NCBI GenBank assembly: GCA_033764315.1
Contig: JANRJA010000077.1
Coordinates: forward strand, 91,256 to 155,255
Reading direction: 5' to 3'
Origin: Oculatellaceae cyanobacterium bins.114
GTDB lineage: Bacteria; Cyanobacteriota; Cyanobacteriia; Elainellales; Elainellaceae
DNA length: 64,000 nt
Shown here: positions 49,500 through 58,514 of the stretch, one piece after another
Numbering within the stretch: position 1 is the first letter of the stretch
Layout of the letters: every line of letters starts with the position of its first letter
Made by a program: the position numbers and the translations under genes
The notes under the pieces: generated by a model
Told to the model about the DNA's origin: nothing
The model's input: only the letters and a program-made list of their open reading frames with translations
Database searches by the model: none

Positions 49500-50866
49500 C
49501 CAGCAACCAGCGAGTTAGTCCGGCTTGCTAACGCCGCAGGCAGGTGTTCCCGTCGTTCTAAATCGGTGATATCTTCCGCTGCACGAATTAGCTCTACCTC
49601 GCCGTTTTCCATCACCATGACGACATTGGGACGATATTCAATGAACTGCATCCACTGGGTGTTGTTGTATGCGCCCACGGTGGAAACTACTAAGCGATCG
49701 CCTCGTGCCAATGGGGGCAATGAGATCTGCTCATCGATCACATCAATGTTCATACAGAGAGGCCCATATAACACCGACGGTTCCGCCGTACCAGAGATGG
49801 GTTGTGCCAGTGACACATCAAAGCGATACCAAAAACTGGTGAACAGCAAGTTGACGCCAGCATCCATCACGTAGGCGCGAGTGCCATTGGGCAAGCGTTT
49901 GGTGCCGCATACACTCGTAATGAGTGATCCGGCTTCGTCGATCATGGCGCGACCAGATTCCACAATGAGTTTGGGTGTGTGTCCTGGCTTGAGAGATTTC
50001 CACATCGCATCACAAATCGCATCGGCATATTCATCAATTGTGGGCAGTGTCACCTCAGCCGCGTGATAGGCTCCCTTGAGCCGACTGCGAGAGGGCAAAC
50101 CACCCCCAATGTCGATGTAATCCATGCGCCACCCGTATTGGGTTTCAATGTCATAGCCAAATTGCACCATTTTTTCGACCTGCTGAGCATAAGCTTCAGG
50201 ATCAAGAATGTAAGTGCCGATGTGGCTGTGCAAGCCATTCACGCGTAATTTTCCACCACGAGCCATGCGCCGAATCGCCTCCATCGCTTGCCCTGATTCC
50301 AAATTGAAGCCAAAGCGTGACCAGCAGGGCTGAATGCCTGCATCCAGGTTCAAGCGAATGCCTACCGAAATGACCCGATCAAGACGAGTGGCGATCGCCT
50401 CCAGATCTTCAATTTCATCCAGGTGATCGACGTTGATCGTGACACCATCGCGCACAGCCGCTTCTAACATCTCAAACGGTTTATGGGGACCATTGAGAAT
50501 AATTTGATTGCCCGGAATATGCAGTGCCTTCGCCTTGTCATACTCCATTTTAGAAACGAGTTCTGCCATTGCCCCTTCTTGATGGAACACAGCACAAATC
50601 GCTTTGAGATAATTAGTTTTGTAAGACCACCCAAACGTGACATCAGGATAACGAGTTGCAAAGGCGTTACGAATGGTGCGAAATTGACGTCGAATGCTGC
50701 GTTCAGAATAGACAAACAACGGTGAACCATACTGCTCTACTAAGTCATCCACAGACACCCCAGCGATCGCCCGTTTGACTCGGTTTTGGGGGGGTGTGGC
50801 TCCCGCAAACTTGTTCATCAATCCACTGCGTAACGGCTGAATCACAGGCTTTTCGTAGGTTTGCAT
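49493..50866 (-). CDS. PLP-dependent fold-type III (group IV, LysA/BtrK-like) decarboxylase
   Basis: YGSPLFVY, WSYKTN (PLP Lys), GLHSHIGT, IDIGGG, ESGR, GPLCMNID and GAY. Confidence 0.88.
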   Translation of the reverse strand: MQTYEKPVIQPLRSGLMNKFAGATPPQNRVKRAIAGVSVDDLVEQYGSPLFVYSERSIRRQFRTIRNAFATRYPDVTFGWSYKTNYLKAICAVFHQEGAMAELVSKMEYDKAKALHIPGNQIILNGPHKPFEMLEAAVRDGVTINVDHLDEIEDLEAIATRLDRVISVGIRLNLDAGIQPCWSRFGFNLESGQAMEAIRRMARGGKLRVNGLHSHIGTYILDPEAYAQQVEKMVQFGYDIETQYGWRMDYIDIGGGLPSRSRLKGAYHAAEVTLPTIDEYADAICDAMWKSLKPGHTPKLIVESGRAMIDEAGSLITSVCGTKRLPNGTRAYVMDAGVNLLFTSFWYRFDVSLAQPISGTAEPSVLYGPLCMNIDVIDEQISLPPLARGDRLVVSTVGAYNNTQWMQFIEYRPNVVMVMENGEVELIRAAEDITDLERREHLPAALASRTNSLVAGC

Positions 50867-51906
50867 TAACGTTCTCCTTGGGTCACGAGGGTTTGTAGTG
50901 GAGTTGCGTCTGTCACCAATTCGTAGGTGTAGCGCATAAAAAGTTTGCCTGCGGCGTAGTCAGGCAAAGGGAACATCGGTAAGCCAAAGGCAGCTTGGAC
51001 TAAACGAGTGGGCAGATTAATGCCAACTCCGGTAGCGAAGTAAGTCCAGGCAGGAAATCGGGGGTTAATTTCAATCAGATAAATCGTGCCATCACGGTCG
51101 GCAATGCATTCCAGTTCAAAGGGACCCTTCCAGTGGGTTTGTTGCAAAAAGGCTTGGGCAGCACTGATTAAACCAGGATGGTGAATCGTCAAGCCACTCC
51201 AGATTTTGCCCAATTCGGTGACACCCATTTTCTTGATGGCGACCAATCCGAGGTGTCCCCCGGTACCGTCACCAACACCAACCAGGTTTAATTCAATACC
51301 GCTAACAATCTGCTGCACTAGAATTGGGAATCCTGCTTCTGTGGCTAGTTGGTGAAACCGCGATCGCGCTTCTTCCTGGCTAAATACCCGATATGCCTTG
51401 TAGTAAGCTCCTTTGATCATGAGTGGAAAGCCCAATTCTGCGGTCGCTTGCTGTAGTTCCTGGAGGGATGTGACACTCACTGTTTCTGGAGTTTTGAGTC
51501 CAAATTGGGGGGCTAGTTCTGCCAACTTGGCTTTGTTTCGCAGGGCAAACTGGGCTTTGGTAGGCAGATACGTGCGAATGCCGATCGCCTCTAACTCTGG
51601 AGCGCAGCGGATATACAGCGGTAGCTCTAAATCAAAATTGGGAATCACACAATCTAAGCCAAACTGCTGTTGAATCTGCTGTAACCGCTCTAGTAAGATA
51701 TCCGGCTCTGCGGATGGATAGGGCATGATATAGCGGCGATCGAACAACCAATCCATATATAGTCCTGGTTCCAGGGCATCATATGCCAGTCCGATGAGCT
51801 GAGTAGATAGGTGATCCGATTCTCGTAAACTGCGAGCAACCCCTGTACCAGGACCCGGATTATCCACTGAGTTAATGCCTGTAATGGCGATCGCAAGGTG
51901 ATCCAT
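50866..51906 (-). CDS. ATP-grasp carboxylate-amine ligase
   Basis: NKAKL, GFPLMIKG, QQIVSGIE, KGPFELE and YLIEINPRF; TAATG overlap with the decarboxylase start. Confidence 0.88.
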   Translation of the reverse strand: MDHLAIAITGINSVDNPGPGTGVARSLRESDHLSTQLIGLAYDALEPGLYMDWLFDRRYIMPYPSAEPDILLERLQQIQQQFGLDCVIPNFDLELPLYIRCAPELEAIGIRTYLPTKAQFALRNKAKLAELAPQFGLKTPETVSVTSLQELQQATAELGFPLMIKGAYYKAYRVFSQEEARSRFHQLATEAGFPILVQQIVSGIELNLVGVGDGTGGHLGLVAIKKMGVTELGKIWSGLTIHHPGLISAAQAFLQQTHWKGPFELECIADRDGTIYLIEINPRFPAWTYFATGVGINLPTRLVQAAFGLPMFPLPDYAAGKLFMRYTYELVTDATPLQTLVTQGER

Positions 51907-52029
51907 GACTCTTTATTTACTGGTTATTTAAAGTAGTGGGAAAAAACAAGACGATGACACGATCAGAGAATGGCGGGAGAACAAGAGTACGAACACAAGA
52001 GCACGAACACTCAGCCTGCCCTCACCCGC

Positions 52030-52269
52030 TCACCCTTTTAAGCCCAACGTGCGAAGGATTTGAAAAAAGTCTGAGACATCTCGCTCTACCAGACTTTGAG
52101 CCACACCAAACTCATTGGCGATCGCTTGAATAATGTGATCTGGCGTTTCACCAGAACGGAGGCGGCTTAAAATCGACCGAGCACAGCGATTGAGAGTATA
52201 GCTTTCACCCGTAGTGACATCAAAGGCAAATCCATCGTTGCTAATCGTGAGTGATGACAATTGAGACAT
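52030..52269 (-). CDS. Stand-alone PqqD-family (RiPP recognition element) protein
   Basis: 79 aa with the three-strand/three-helix pattern: GFAFDVTTGESYTLN...ILSRL...IANEFGV...VERDVSDFFQIL..LGL. Confidence 0.85.
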   Translation of the reverse strand: MSQLSSLTISNDGFAFDVTTGESYTLNRCARSILSRLRSGETPDHIIQAIANEFGVAQSLVERDVSDFFQILRTLGLKG

Positions 52270-52284
52270 AAGTTTCTGTGCCGT

Positions 52285-52341
52285 AGATTGTAGTTGGGTA
52301 AGAGATTGTAATTGGGCAAGAGATTGTAGTTGGGTAAGAGA
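52285..52341. repeat. 18-bp tandem repeat x3 in the pqqD leader
   Basis: AGATTGTAGTTGGGTAAG / AGATTGTAATTGGGCAAG / AGATTGTAGTTGGGTAAG. Confidence 0.85.
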
Positions 52342-52507
52342 GGTCAGAACGATAGGGAACGAGATGATGTGATGACGTAGATTACTGTTTCATCTCTTAC
52401 TCTTGAATCCTTTATCGTTTATCCTTTAGCCCTTTTCCTTTTTGTCTCTGGCCCTTCTCCATAACTCGATTAAGCAGGTCAAAAATGACAGCTTCTCTAA
52501 CGCTTAG

Positions 52508-52523
52508 ATTACAAATCTGTAAT
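52508..52523. promoter_or_regulatory. Palindromic operator ATTACA-N4-TGTAAT upstream of the pqqD operon
   Basis: ATTACAaatcTGTAAT; recurs at 53154-53169 and partially at 53058-53073. Confidence 0.65.
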
Positions 52524-52559
52524 GATGAGAAGTGTTGTTTTTACAGAATTCGGGGAACT

Positions 52560-53030
52560 TTAGGGACGTCCACGCCATTCTTGAATCACCTGCACCAGTT
52601 GGTCGGAGGTGAGCACCTGCCGCTCGGCTAACAGAGCTTCAAAGTGGTTTTCATCCAACTGTTGCCGTAATTGCTGTACCTGCTGATGTTGTTCCCGTAA
52701 AGCTTCAATTGAGGTATCGCTATTTTGCAACAGCGATCGCAGTTGTTCTTCCGCTGCTACCAATTGTTGATGTAATGCGTCACCTGACTGGCGGGCTTGC
52801 TCATGAATTGTCTGGAGTTGCGATCGCTGTTCACTACTCAGATCGAGATTTCTAGCCCACGGAGGCGCAGGACTATTGCTCAGGGCAGTGTTTCCATCTG
52901 ATGGAGATGAAGCTTGTGCCAGGAGGATGGTCGTTTTAGCAAGCGTGGGAGATTGAGCCGAGGCAATTGTGCTGCCTACCTGAATTAGCACTAGAACGGT
53001 GGGCAATAGCCATACATATCGAACTTTCAT
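52560..53030 (-). CDS. Spy/CpxP-like periplasmic helical protein
   Basis: Signal peptide from MKVRYVWLL with GGAGG RBS; LDLSSEQRSQL and VLTSDQ (LTxxQ) motifs. Confidence 0.8.
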   Translation of the reverse strand: MKVRYVWLLPTVLVLIQVGSTIASAQSPTLAKTTILLAQASSPSDGNTALSNSPAPPWARNLDLSSEQRSQLQTIHEQARQSGDALHQQLVAAEEQLRSLLQNSDTSIEALREQHQQVQQLRQQLDENHFEALLAERQVLTSDQLVQVIQEWRGRP

Positions 53031-53153
53031 AAGGGCCTCCTGTATGGGGTCAGTAAAATTACAAATCTGACAGATCGGATGGTTGTGGCGATCGCTCAAT
53101 GCAGCCACATCCTCATTAACCAACGCAAATATGACTGTTCAAGTCACTCCTCG

Positions 53154-53169
53154 ATTACAGTTTTGTAAT
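53154..53169. promoter_or_regulatory. Palindromic operator ATTACA-N4-TGTAAT between the Spy-like gene and the response regulator
   Basis: ATTACAgtttTGTAAT, 52 nt upstream of the regulator ATG. Confidence 0.65.
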
Positions 53170-53221
53170 TGGAACCTACCAATAACGGACATAGAATAGA
53201 TAAGAGATTCACCCTTTTTCT

Positions 53222-53905
53222 ATGCACGTTCTCTACGTTGAAGATGAAGCAAAAATTGCTGACTTTGTCCAGGCCGGATTAAAGGAGCAAGGCTTTTTAG
53301 TGGATTATTGCGACAACGGTAACGATGGTTATTTGCGGGCAATGGACCATGAATACGACGTGATCGTGTTGGATATTATGGTGCCGGGAAAAGATGGATT
53401 GGCAATTCTCAAAGGGTTGCGGCGAGCCGGTCGCAATACTCCAGTAGTGCTGTTGACCGCCCGAAACGAACTAGACGATCGCCTGGAAGGGTTGAACCTG
53501 GGAGCAGATGACTATATCGCCAAGCCGTTTTTTGTGGAAGAACTGGTTGCTCGGATTCACGCAGTCGTACGACGGGTATCTGGCGATCGCCAAAATCTGC
53601 TCAGTGTTGGCTCCATTAAACTCGATCGGATTACACGAGAAGTCACTTGCAATCAACAGTCGGTCGAATTGACTACCCGTGAGTTTAATTTGTTGGAATA
53701 CTTGATGCGATCGCCCGGTCGTGTCTTTACCCGTACCCAAATTCTAGAGCACGTTTGGGGCTATGACTTTAACCCCAGCACCAACCTGGTAGATGTCTGC
53801 ATTCAGCGGTTACGAAAAAAGATTGAACCCTTGGGAGGAGCAGGCTACGTCGATAGTGTGCGAGGGGTGGGCTATTGTTTTCGCAAACCTGATATCGACT
53901 CGTGA
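53222..53905 (+). CDS. OmpR-family response regulator (CusR/CzcR-like)
   Basis: VEDE, VLDIMVP, GADDYIAKPF, LTTREFNLL, WGYDF..TNLVDV and VRGVGY. Confidence 0.93.
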   Translation: MHVLYVEDEAKIADFVQAGLKEQGFLVDYCDNGNDGYLRAMDHEYDVIVLDIMVPGKDGLAILKGLRRAGRNTPVVLLTARNELDDRLEGLNLGADDYIAKPFFVEELVARIHAVVRRVSGDRQNLLSVGSIKLDRITREVTCNQQSVELTTREFNLLEYLMRSPGRVFTRTQILEHVWGYDFNPSTNLVDVCIQRLRKKIEPLGGAGYVDSVRGVGYCFRKPDIDS

Positions 53906-55524
53906 AACGTCTTTCCTTTCGATTCCGCATTGCTCTTTTATCTGCTCTGTTAGCAGGTGGAACGTTAGTTAGTTTTGGCACGGTGTCGTGGTGGCTGATT
54001 TATCAGACCAAAATGAATCGCATTGACGATGGCATTCAAAATGAGTTAATGCGCGAATCTGATCGCCCCCGACCAGAGAACCACTGGAAAACCTACACTG
54101 ATTCACTCTGGAGGATTTTTAGTACTAAGACTCCAAACGATGTAGCCTTGCTGGTACAAACCGCTGCTGGGGAGATCACTTATCAATCTCCCACTTGGAC
54201 GGCAGAGTTAACTGGCATCGCGGCTGTTTCAAATCGCTTGCCTGCACCCCCCCAGATCACACCTCAGATAGCACCCCAAAACTCATCACAAACGGTGCCG
54301 TTGCCCCCGTCACAGCCATCTACATCATTTCCTCCACCTCCGTTTCCACCTCCGGGTCAAGGCCCCCCACCTGGGCAAGGAGCACCCCCAATGGGCGCAT
54401 CCACCGATCCATTTGGACAACCCCCGATACCACCTCCAACTGAAGCTCCGGGTGTCTTTCGTCTACCGGGTCAGTTATCTAAACTTGTGACCTACTCCAC
54501 TCCTGCTGGCTCTTGGCGGGTGGGTGCTGTGACGGCTTCAGATATTCACATTGCGATCGCGATTAATTTACGCACCCTCGAAGCCGAGATGGATGTCATT
54601 CGCAATGCCTATCTGGTTAGTATTTCTTTGCTACTGGTGTTGGTTGCGATTGGTGCCTGGTGGCTCTCTGGCAGTGCGTTACAACCGATTCGAGATATCA
54701 CTGATACGTTGCGTCGGGTCACGGCTAAAGGGTTAGATCAACGCGTTCCTGTTAGCGGCAGCGATCGCGAATTTGTGGAACTGTTGCAAGTTTTTAATCA
54801 AATGATGGAACGCCTGGATCGGAGCTTTACTCAAGCATCTCGTTTTAGTGCTGATGCGGCACATGAACTCAAAACACCTTTGTCAATTTTGCAAGGGGAA
54901 TTGGAACGAACCCTGCAAGCCGCGGAACCCGGTTCTTTATTACAGCAACGTTTGAGCAGTTTGTTGGATGAGGTGCGGCGGTTAGGGGCGATCGTTCGTA
55001 AACTGCTGTTGCTCTCGTTAGCCGATGCTGGACAGATGCGTCTTTACACCACTGAAGTCAATTTATCAGATGTGTTAGTGGATCTGATGGGCGACATTGA
55101 GATGTTAGCCCCTGAACTGACAGTGCAGATGCAGATTGCACCTGACTTAATCGTTCATGCTGATCAAGCACTCTTGATCCAGGTGTTGCAGAACCTGATT
55201 AGCAATGCCATTAAGTATAATCTGCCAAGCGGCTGGGTGCGGATCGAGGCAGGACAACGTAACCAGGCTGTTTTTGTCAGAGTAAGTAACAGTTCTAGAG
55301 ATATTCCAGTGAGTGAGCGATCGCAAGTTTTCGATCGCTTTCATCGGGGTGATCCGGCTCGCACTCGTCATGTGGAGGGGTTGGGGTTAGGGCTGAGCCT
55401 GTCCCGCGAAATTGCCTATGCACATCAAGGCAATTTGACCCTAGACCCTACGTTGGCTGGGCAAACGGCGTTTACCCTGACTCTCCCAGGTTCGGTTTAT
55501 CTAAGCAATTTGGCGGCTGATTAA
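53902..55524 (+). CDS. HAMP sensor histidine kinase (CusS/CzcS-like) with a Pro-rich periplasmic region
   Basis: Two TMs, HAMP, ADAAHELKTP and GLGLGLS; GTGA overlap with the regulator. Confidence 0.92.
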   Translation: MKRLSFRFRIALLSALLAGGTLVSFGTVSWWLIYQTKMNRIDDGIQNELMRESDRPRPENHWKTYTDSLWRIFSTKTPNDVALLVQTAAGEITYQSPTWTAELTGIAAVSNRLPAPPQITPQIAPQNSSQTVPLPPSQPSTSFPPPPFPPPGQGPPPGQGAPPMGASTDPFGQPPIPPPTEAPGVFRLPGQLSKLVTYSTPAGSWRVGAVTASDIHIAIAINLRTLEAEMDVIRNAYLVSISLLLVLVAIGAWWLSGSALQPIRDITDTLRRVTAKGLDQRVPVSGSDREFVELLQVFNQMMERLDRSFTQASRFSADAAHELKTPLSILQGELERTLQAAEPGSLLQQRLSSLLDEVRRLGAIVRKLLLLSLADAGQMRLYTTEVNLSDVLVDLMGDIEMLAPELTVQMQIAPDLIVHADQALLIQVLQNLISNAIKYNLPSGWVRIEAGQRNQAVFVRVSNSSRDIPVSERSQVFDRFHRGDPARTRHVEGLGLGLSLSREIAYAHQGNLTLDPTLAGQTAFTLTLPGSVYLSNLAAD

Positions 55525-58500
55525 TTGGGCAAACAGCCCAGGTTGGTGGACTAATTCCTCAAACCGTCCTTGTTGCACCACTCGACCCGCCTCTAACACA
55601 TAAATGCGATCGGCATTACGAATGGTGCTGAGGCGATGAGCGATGACCACACGAGTCACCTTGAGGCGATCGAGACTTTGACTGACAACCGCTTGAGTCC
55701 GGTTATCTAAAGCACTGGTTGCCTCGTCTAGCAATAGAACCCGTGGCTGCAATGCCAATGCACGAGCAATGACCAGTCGCTGTCGTTGTCCGCCAGAGAG
55801 GTTGCTACCCCCTTCGCTGATAATGGTGTGCATTTGCATTGGCATGGCTCGCACATCATTGGCAAAGCCACTATTTTCAGCCGCTTCCCATGCCTCATCC
55901 AAGGTGATCAACGCACCACTGGCAATATTTTCAAAAATCGAGCCAGCATTGATGCGACCATTTTGCAAAACAACCCCAAGTTGCCGCCGAACAGCGGCCA
56001 CATCTAAACCTGCCAAGTCTTGACCATCATAGTAAACCGTTCCAGAGATGGGAGCTTCAAACCCCAGCAGCAACCGCAAAATGGTGGATTTACCCGAACC
56101 AGAAGGCCCCACTAAGGCGATAAATTCACCAGGTTGAGCTTGAATCGTGACATCATCCAGGATCAGTGCTCCATCTTCCTTGTAGCGGAAGGTGACGTGA
56201 TCCACTTGAATGCTACCTGAGAGCCGTCCTGGGTCGGCTTTGTCAAGGGTAATCTCTGGCTCAGCCGTAAGGATGGGTTGCGATCGCTGCCACAGTGGAA
56301 CCACCCCTAACACTTCAGTAAAGGTCAAGCTCAGACTGGTAACGCCTGTGATAAAAATGCCAAAAGCCACGTTAAAGGCTAAGAACGTACCCACCGACAG
56401 ACCCGTCACGCCTTGGCTGGGAGCAATTAAACGGCTTGCCAGCCAAAATACCATAACCGCTGTTAACGCTGGGGTAACCGTAGTAAACACATCCACCACA
56501 TCCTCTAGGTGCTGAGTACTCAGCATTAGCCGCAACTGTTGGATGTATTGCTTACCCCAATAGGCAAAAGCTCTTTCTTCGACTCCCGCAATCCGCAATT
56601 TAGAAACCCCGTTGACCAGTTGCACGACAATCCCAAAGAGGTTACCTTCAAGTTCTGTTAACGAGCGATTTTGATGAACTAACATAGCTCCAGAAGCAGC
56701 CGTAAACAAGATTATGACGATCGCCACAATCAAGGCCAGCGTCGCCAGTGGAGGGCTGTAATAAAACAAAAGCCCCAAATTTAACAATGCAAATGAGCCG
56801 CTGAAAATGCTCTGGAGGACTGTACCACTTAATTTACGGCGAATAGCACTGATACCAGACACTCTAGAGTTCAAATCCCCAATGGCATACTGCCGAAAGA
56901 ATGTTGTTTTTAACTTCAGCAACCGATCCCACACTGCCGCTTGCAGCGAGGCATCTGACAGGGTTTCGATGCGCATGGAGGCGATCGCCTGAGCCAACTG
57001 AAAGCTCGCGCTACCTAAAGCGGTTGCCAACAGCGTTAAGCCAATTTGGATCAGCAACGACATATCCGCCATAGGAATCGCCTGATCGATCAACAAAGCC
57101 GTGGCTTGAGGCACCAGCATTCCCAACAACGTGGCAGCAATCCCTGTCCACAAGATGTGGAGCAGGTCAGACTGACGCCCTTTGAGGGCAAACTTGAGTA
57201 GATCAACCGCCTTGAGTACGCCATCTGGGAGGGGACGATAAAAGACGTAAGCCACCGGATCCAGGGTCGCTGCCAACGTTTCATCGACTTTGACGTGCAA
57301 CCGTTGTTGACGAGACATCCGCATGGGGGTGGGCATCTCTGTATCCGTATTTTGACCGACCAAACCAACTCGAATCGGGTCTAAAAGCTCATATCCCCTG
57401 CCGGGGGTAGGCAACAACGCGACTGGATGTTGATCCATGCGGGTATAGGCCAGAATCGGTTCACCATCCTTTTCCCACCAGCGATCGCGCAACAAAATTC
57501 GTCGCAGTCGCAGTTGAGAGGCACGAGCGATCGCCTCTAGTGGCTCTTTAACCCGGGTTAAATTTTCTGACTTCATCGGAGGGGCGATCGTCACCCCCAA
57601 CGCCTTGGCGATCGCCCCTGCAGCAATCAGTAACGGGGTCTGAGCTTGCAGAAAACGGTCTGACTGCGGTCTTAGCACCGACACTAAATCATGAATCGTT
57701 TCCTGGGTCAGGTGCTGATTGAGTTGCTGCCGTTCGTGAAACCGCAACAAGGCGGCCTGAGCCTCTTGTTCTAAGATAGATTCAACAGCTCGCAAGAAAT
57801 GCGTATGCAGTTGCGACAAGCCCTTCAATAAACAACCATCTTCAATGGTTGACGCAATCTCTAAAGTAGGTTGAGCCAATAATTCAAGCGAGTCGCCCGC
57901 CGCTAGCCACATTCCACCTCCCAAAGGAAAGATGCCTGACTCCCGCGTCAAGACAAAATTTTCATCTCCCATCCAAAAGGCTTGCCCTTGCTGGATTTGC
58001 ACCCAGACCATTGAGCCATTTGGAGGTTGATAAACCTGTCCCTGGAGCAACGAAATGTATTGGGTCTGAGGAATCTGGGTCTGAGAAATCTGGGTTTTGG
58101 GAACCGTTATTGGTGAAATGGCTGGAGCCAATACAGGTTGAGGTAAGCCTTTGACTTGACCCAACTGCTGCACCCAACCTTCTAAGCAGGATGGAAAGCT
58201 CGTGTGGGGTAAGACGAGACTCAACAGTTCTGTCGGTTCCAGTGCGACAGCAATGAGCCCCAATGATTCATCGTCATAGCAAGGTGTCATGCCAAACAGA
58301 GCTTGACCCACTGTGACATGAAATAAATAGCGGCGTTCCCCTTCGGCAATGCCCCGCTTTAAGGGCACAGCAAACACAACTAAAGACCCCGATTGAATCA
58401 GCCAAACCCGCTGTGGGTCATCCAATAGAAGGAGTTGATTGCCTCGCAGTCGATGCGACTTCGGGGTCATCAACTGAGGTTGCGCTTGCTCTAAATCCAT
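55501..58500 (-). CDS. NHLP-type bacteriocin export ABC transporter permease/ATPase (no active peptidase)
   Basis: N-terminal cNMP-like region, IARAS..R.R.I.L...WW..D..P, ABC TM domain, GPSGSGKST, LSGGQRQR and LLDEATSALD. Confidence 0.88.
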   Translation of the reverse strand: MDLEQAQPQLMTPKSHRLRGNQLLLLDDPQRVWLIQSGSLVVFAVPLKRGIAEGERRYLFHVTVGQALFGMTPCYDDESLGLIAVALEPTELLSLVLPHTSFPSCLEGWVQQLGQVKGLPQPVLAPAISPITVPKTQISQTQIPQTQYISLLQGQVYQPPNGSMVWVQIQQGQAFWMGDENFVLTRESGIFPLGGGMWLAAGDSLELLAQPTLEIASTIEDGCLLKGLSQLHTHFLRAVESILEQEAQAALLRFHERQQLNQHLTQETIHDLVSVLRPQSDRFLQAQTPLLIAAGAIAKALGVTIAPPMKSENLTRVKEPLEAIARASQLRLRRILLRDRWWEKDGEPILAYTRMDQHPVALLPTPGRGYELLDPIRVGLVGQNTDTEMPTPMRMSRQQRLHVKVDETLAATLDPVAYVFYRPLPDGVLKAVDLLKFALKGRQSDLLHILWTGIAATLLGMLVPQATALLIDQAIPMADMSLLIQIGLTLLATALGSASFQLAQAIASMRIETLSDASLQAAVWDRLLKLKTTFFRQYAIGDLNSRVSGISAIRRKLSGTVLQSIFSGSFALLNLGLLFYYSPPLATLALIVAIVIILFTAASGAMLVHQNRSLTELEGNLFGIVVQLVNGVSKLRIAGVEERAFAYWGKQYIQQLRLMLSTQHLEDVVDVFTTVTPALTAVMVFWLASRLIAPSQGVTGLSVGTFLAFNVAFGIFITGVTSLSLTFTEVLGVVPLWQRSQPILTAEPEITLDKADPGRLSGSIQVDHVTFRYKEDGALILDDVTIQAQPGEFIALVGPSGSGKSTILRLLLGFEAPISGTVYYDGQDLAGLDVAAVRRQLGVVLQNGRINAGSIFENIASGALITLDEAWEAAENSGFANDVRAMPMQMHTIISEGGSNLSGGQRQRLVIARALALQPRVLLLDEATSALDNRTQAVVSQSLDRLKVTRVVIAHRLSTIRNADRIYVLEAGRVVQQGRFEELVHQPGLFAQLISRQIA

Positions 58501-58514
58501 CGCTGTCTACTCCC

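Noticed and set aside
49493-50866. Housekeeping lysA
   Set aside because: The substrate-side motifs diverge and the gene is coupled to an ATP-grasp/PqqD operon, so no symbol was assigned.
52285-52341. Possible CRISPR array
   Set aside because: Units are contiguous 18-mers with no unique spacers, and there are no cas genes.
51907-52500. Tiny ORFs around pqqD as precursor peptides (MKTVIYVITSSRSLSF, MEKGQRQKGKGLKDKR, VFVLLCSYSCSPAIL)
   Set aside because: They are 15-16 codons, mostly overlap simple repeats, and have no recognisable leader motif.
53031-53123. N-terminal extension of the Spy-like ORF containing CxxC
   Set aside because: The GGAGG RBS and signal peptide point to a start at 53030, and the extension overlaps promoter/operator DNA.
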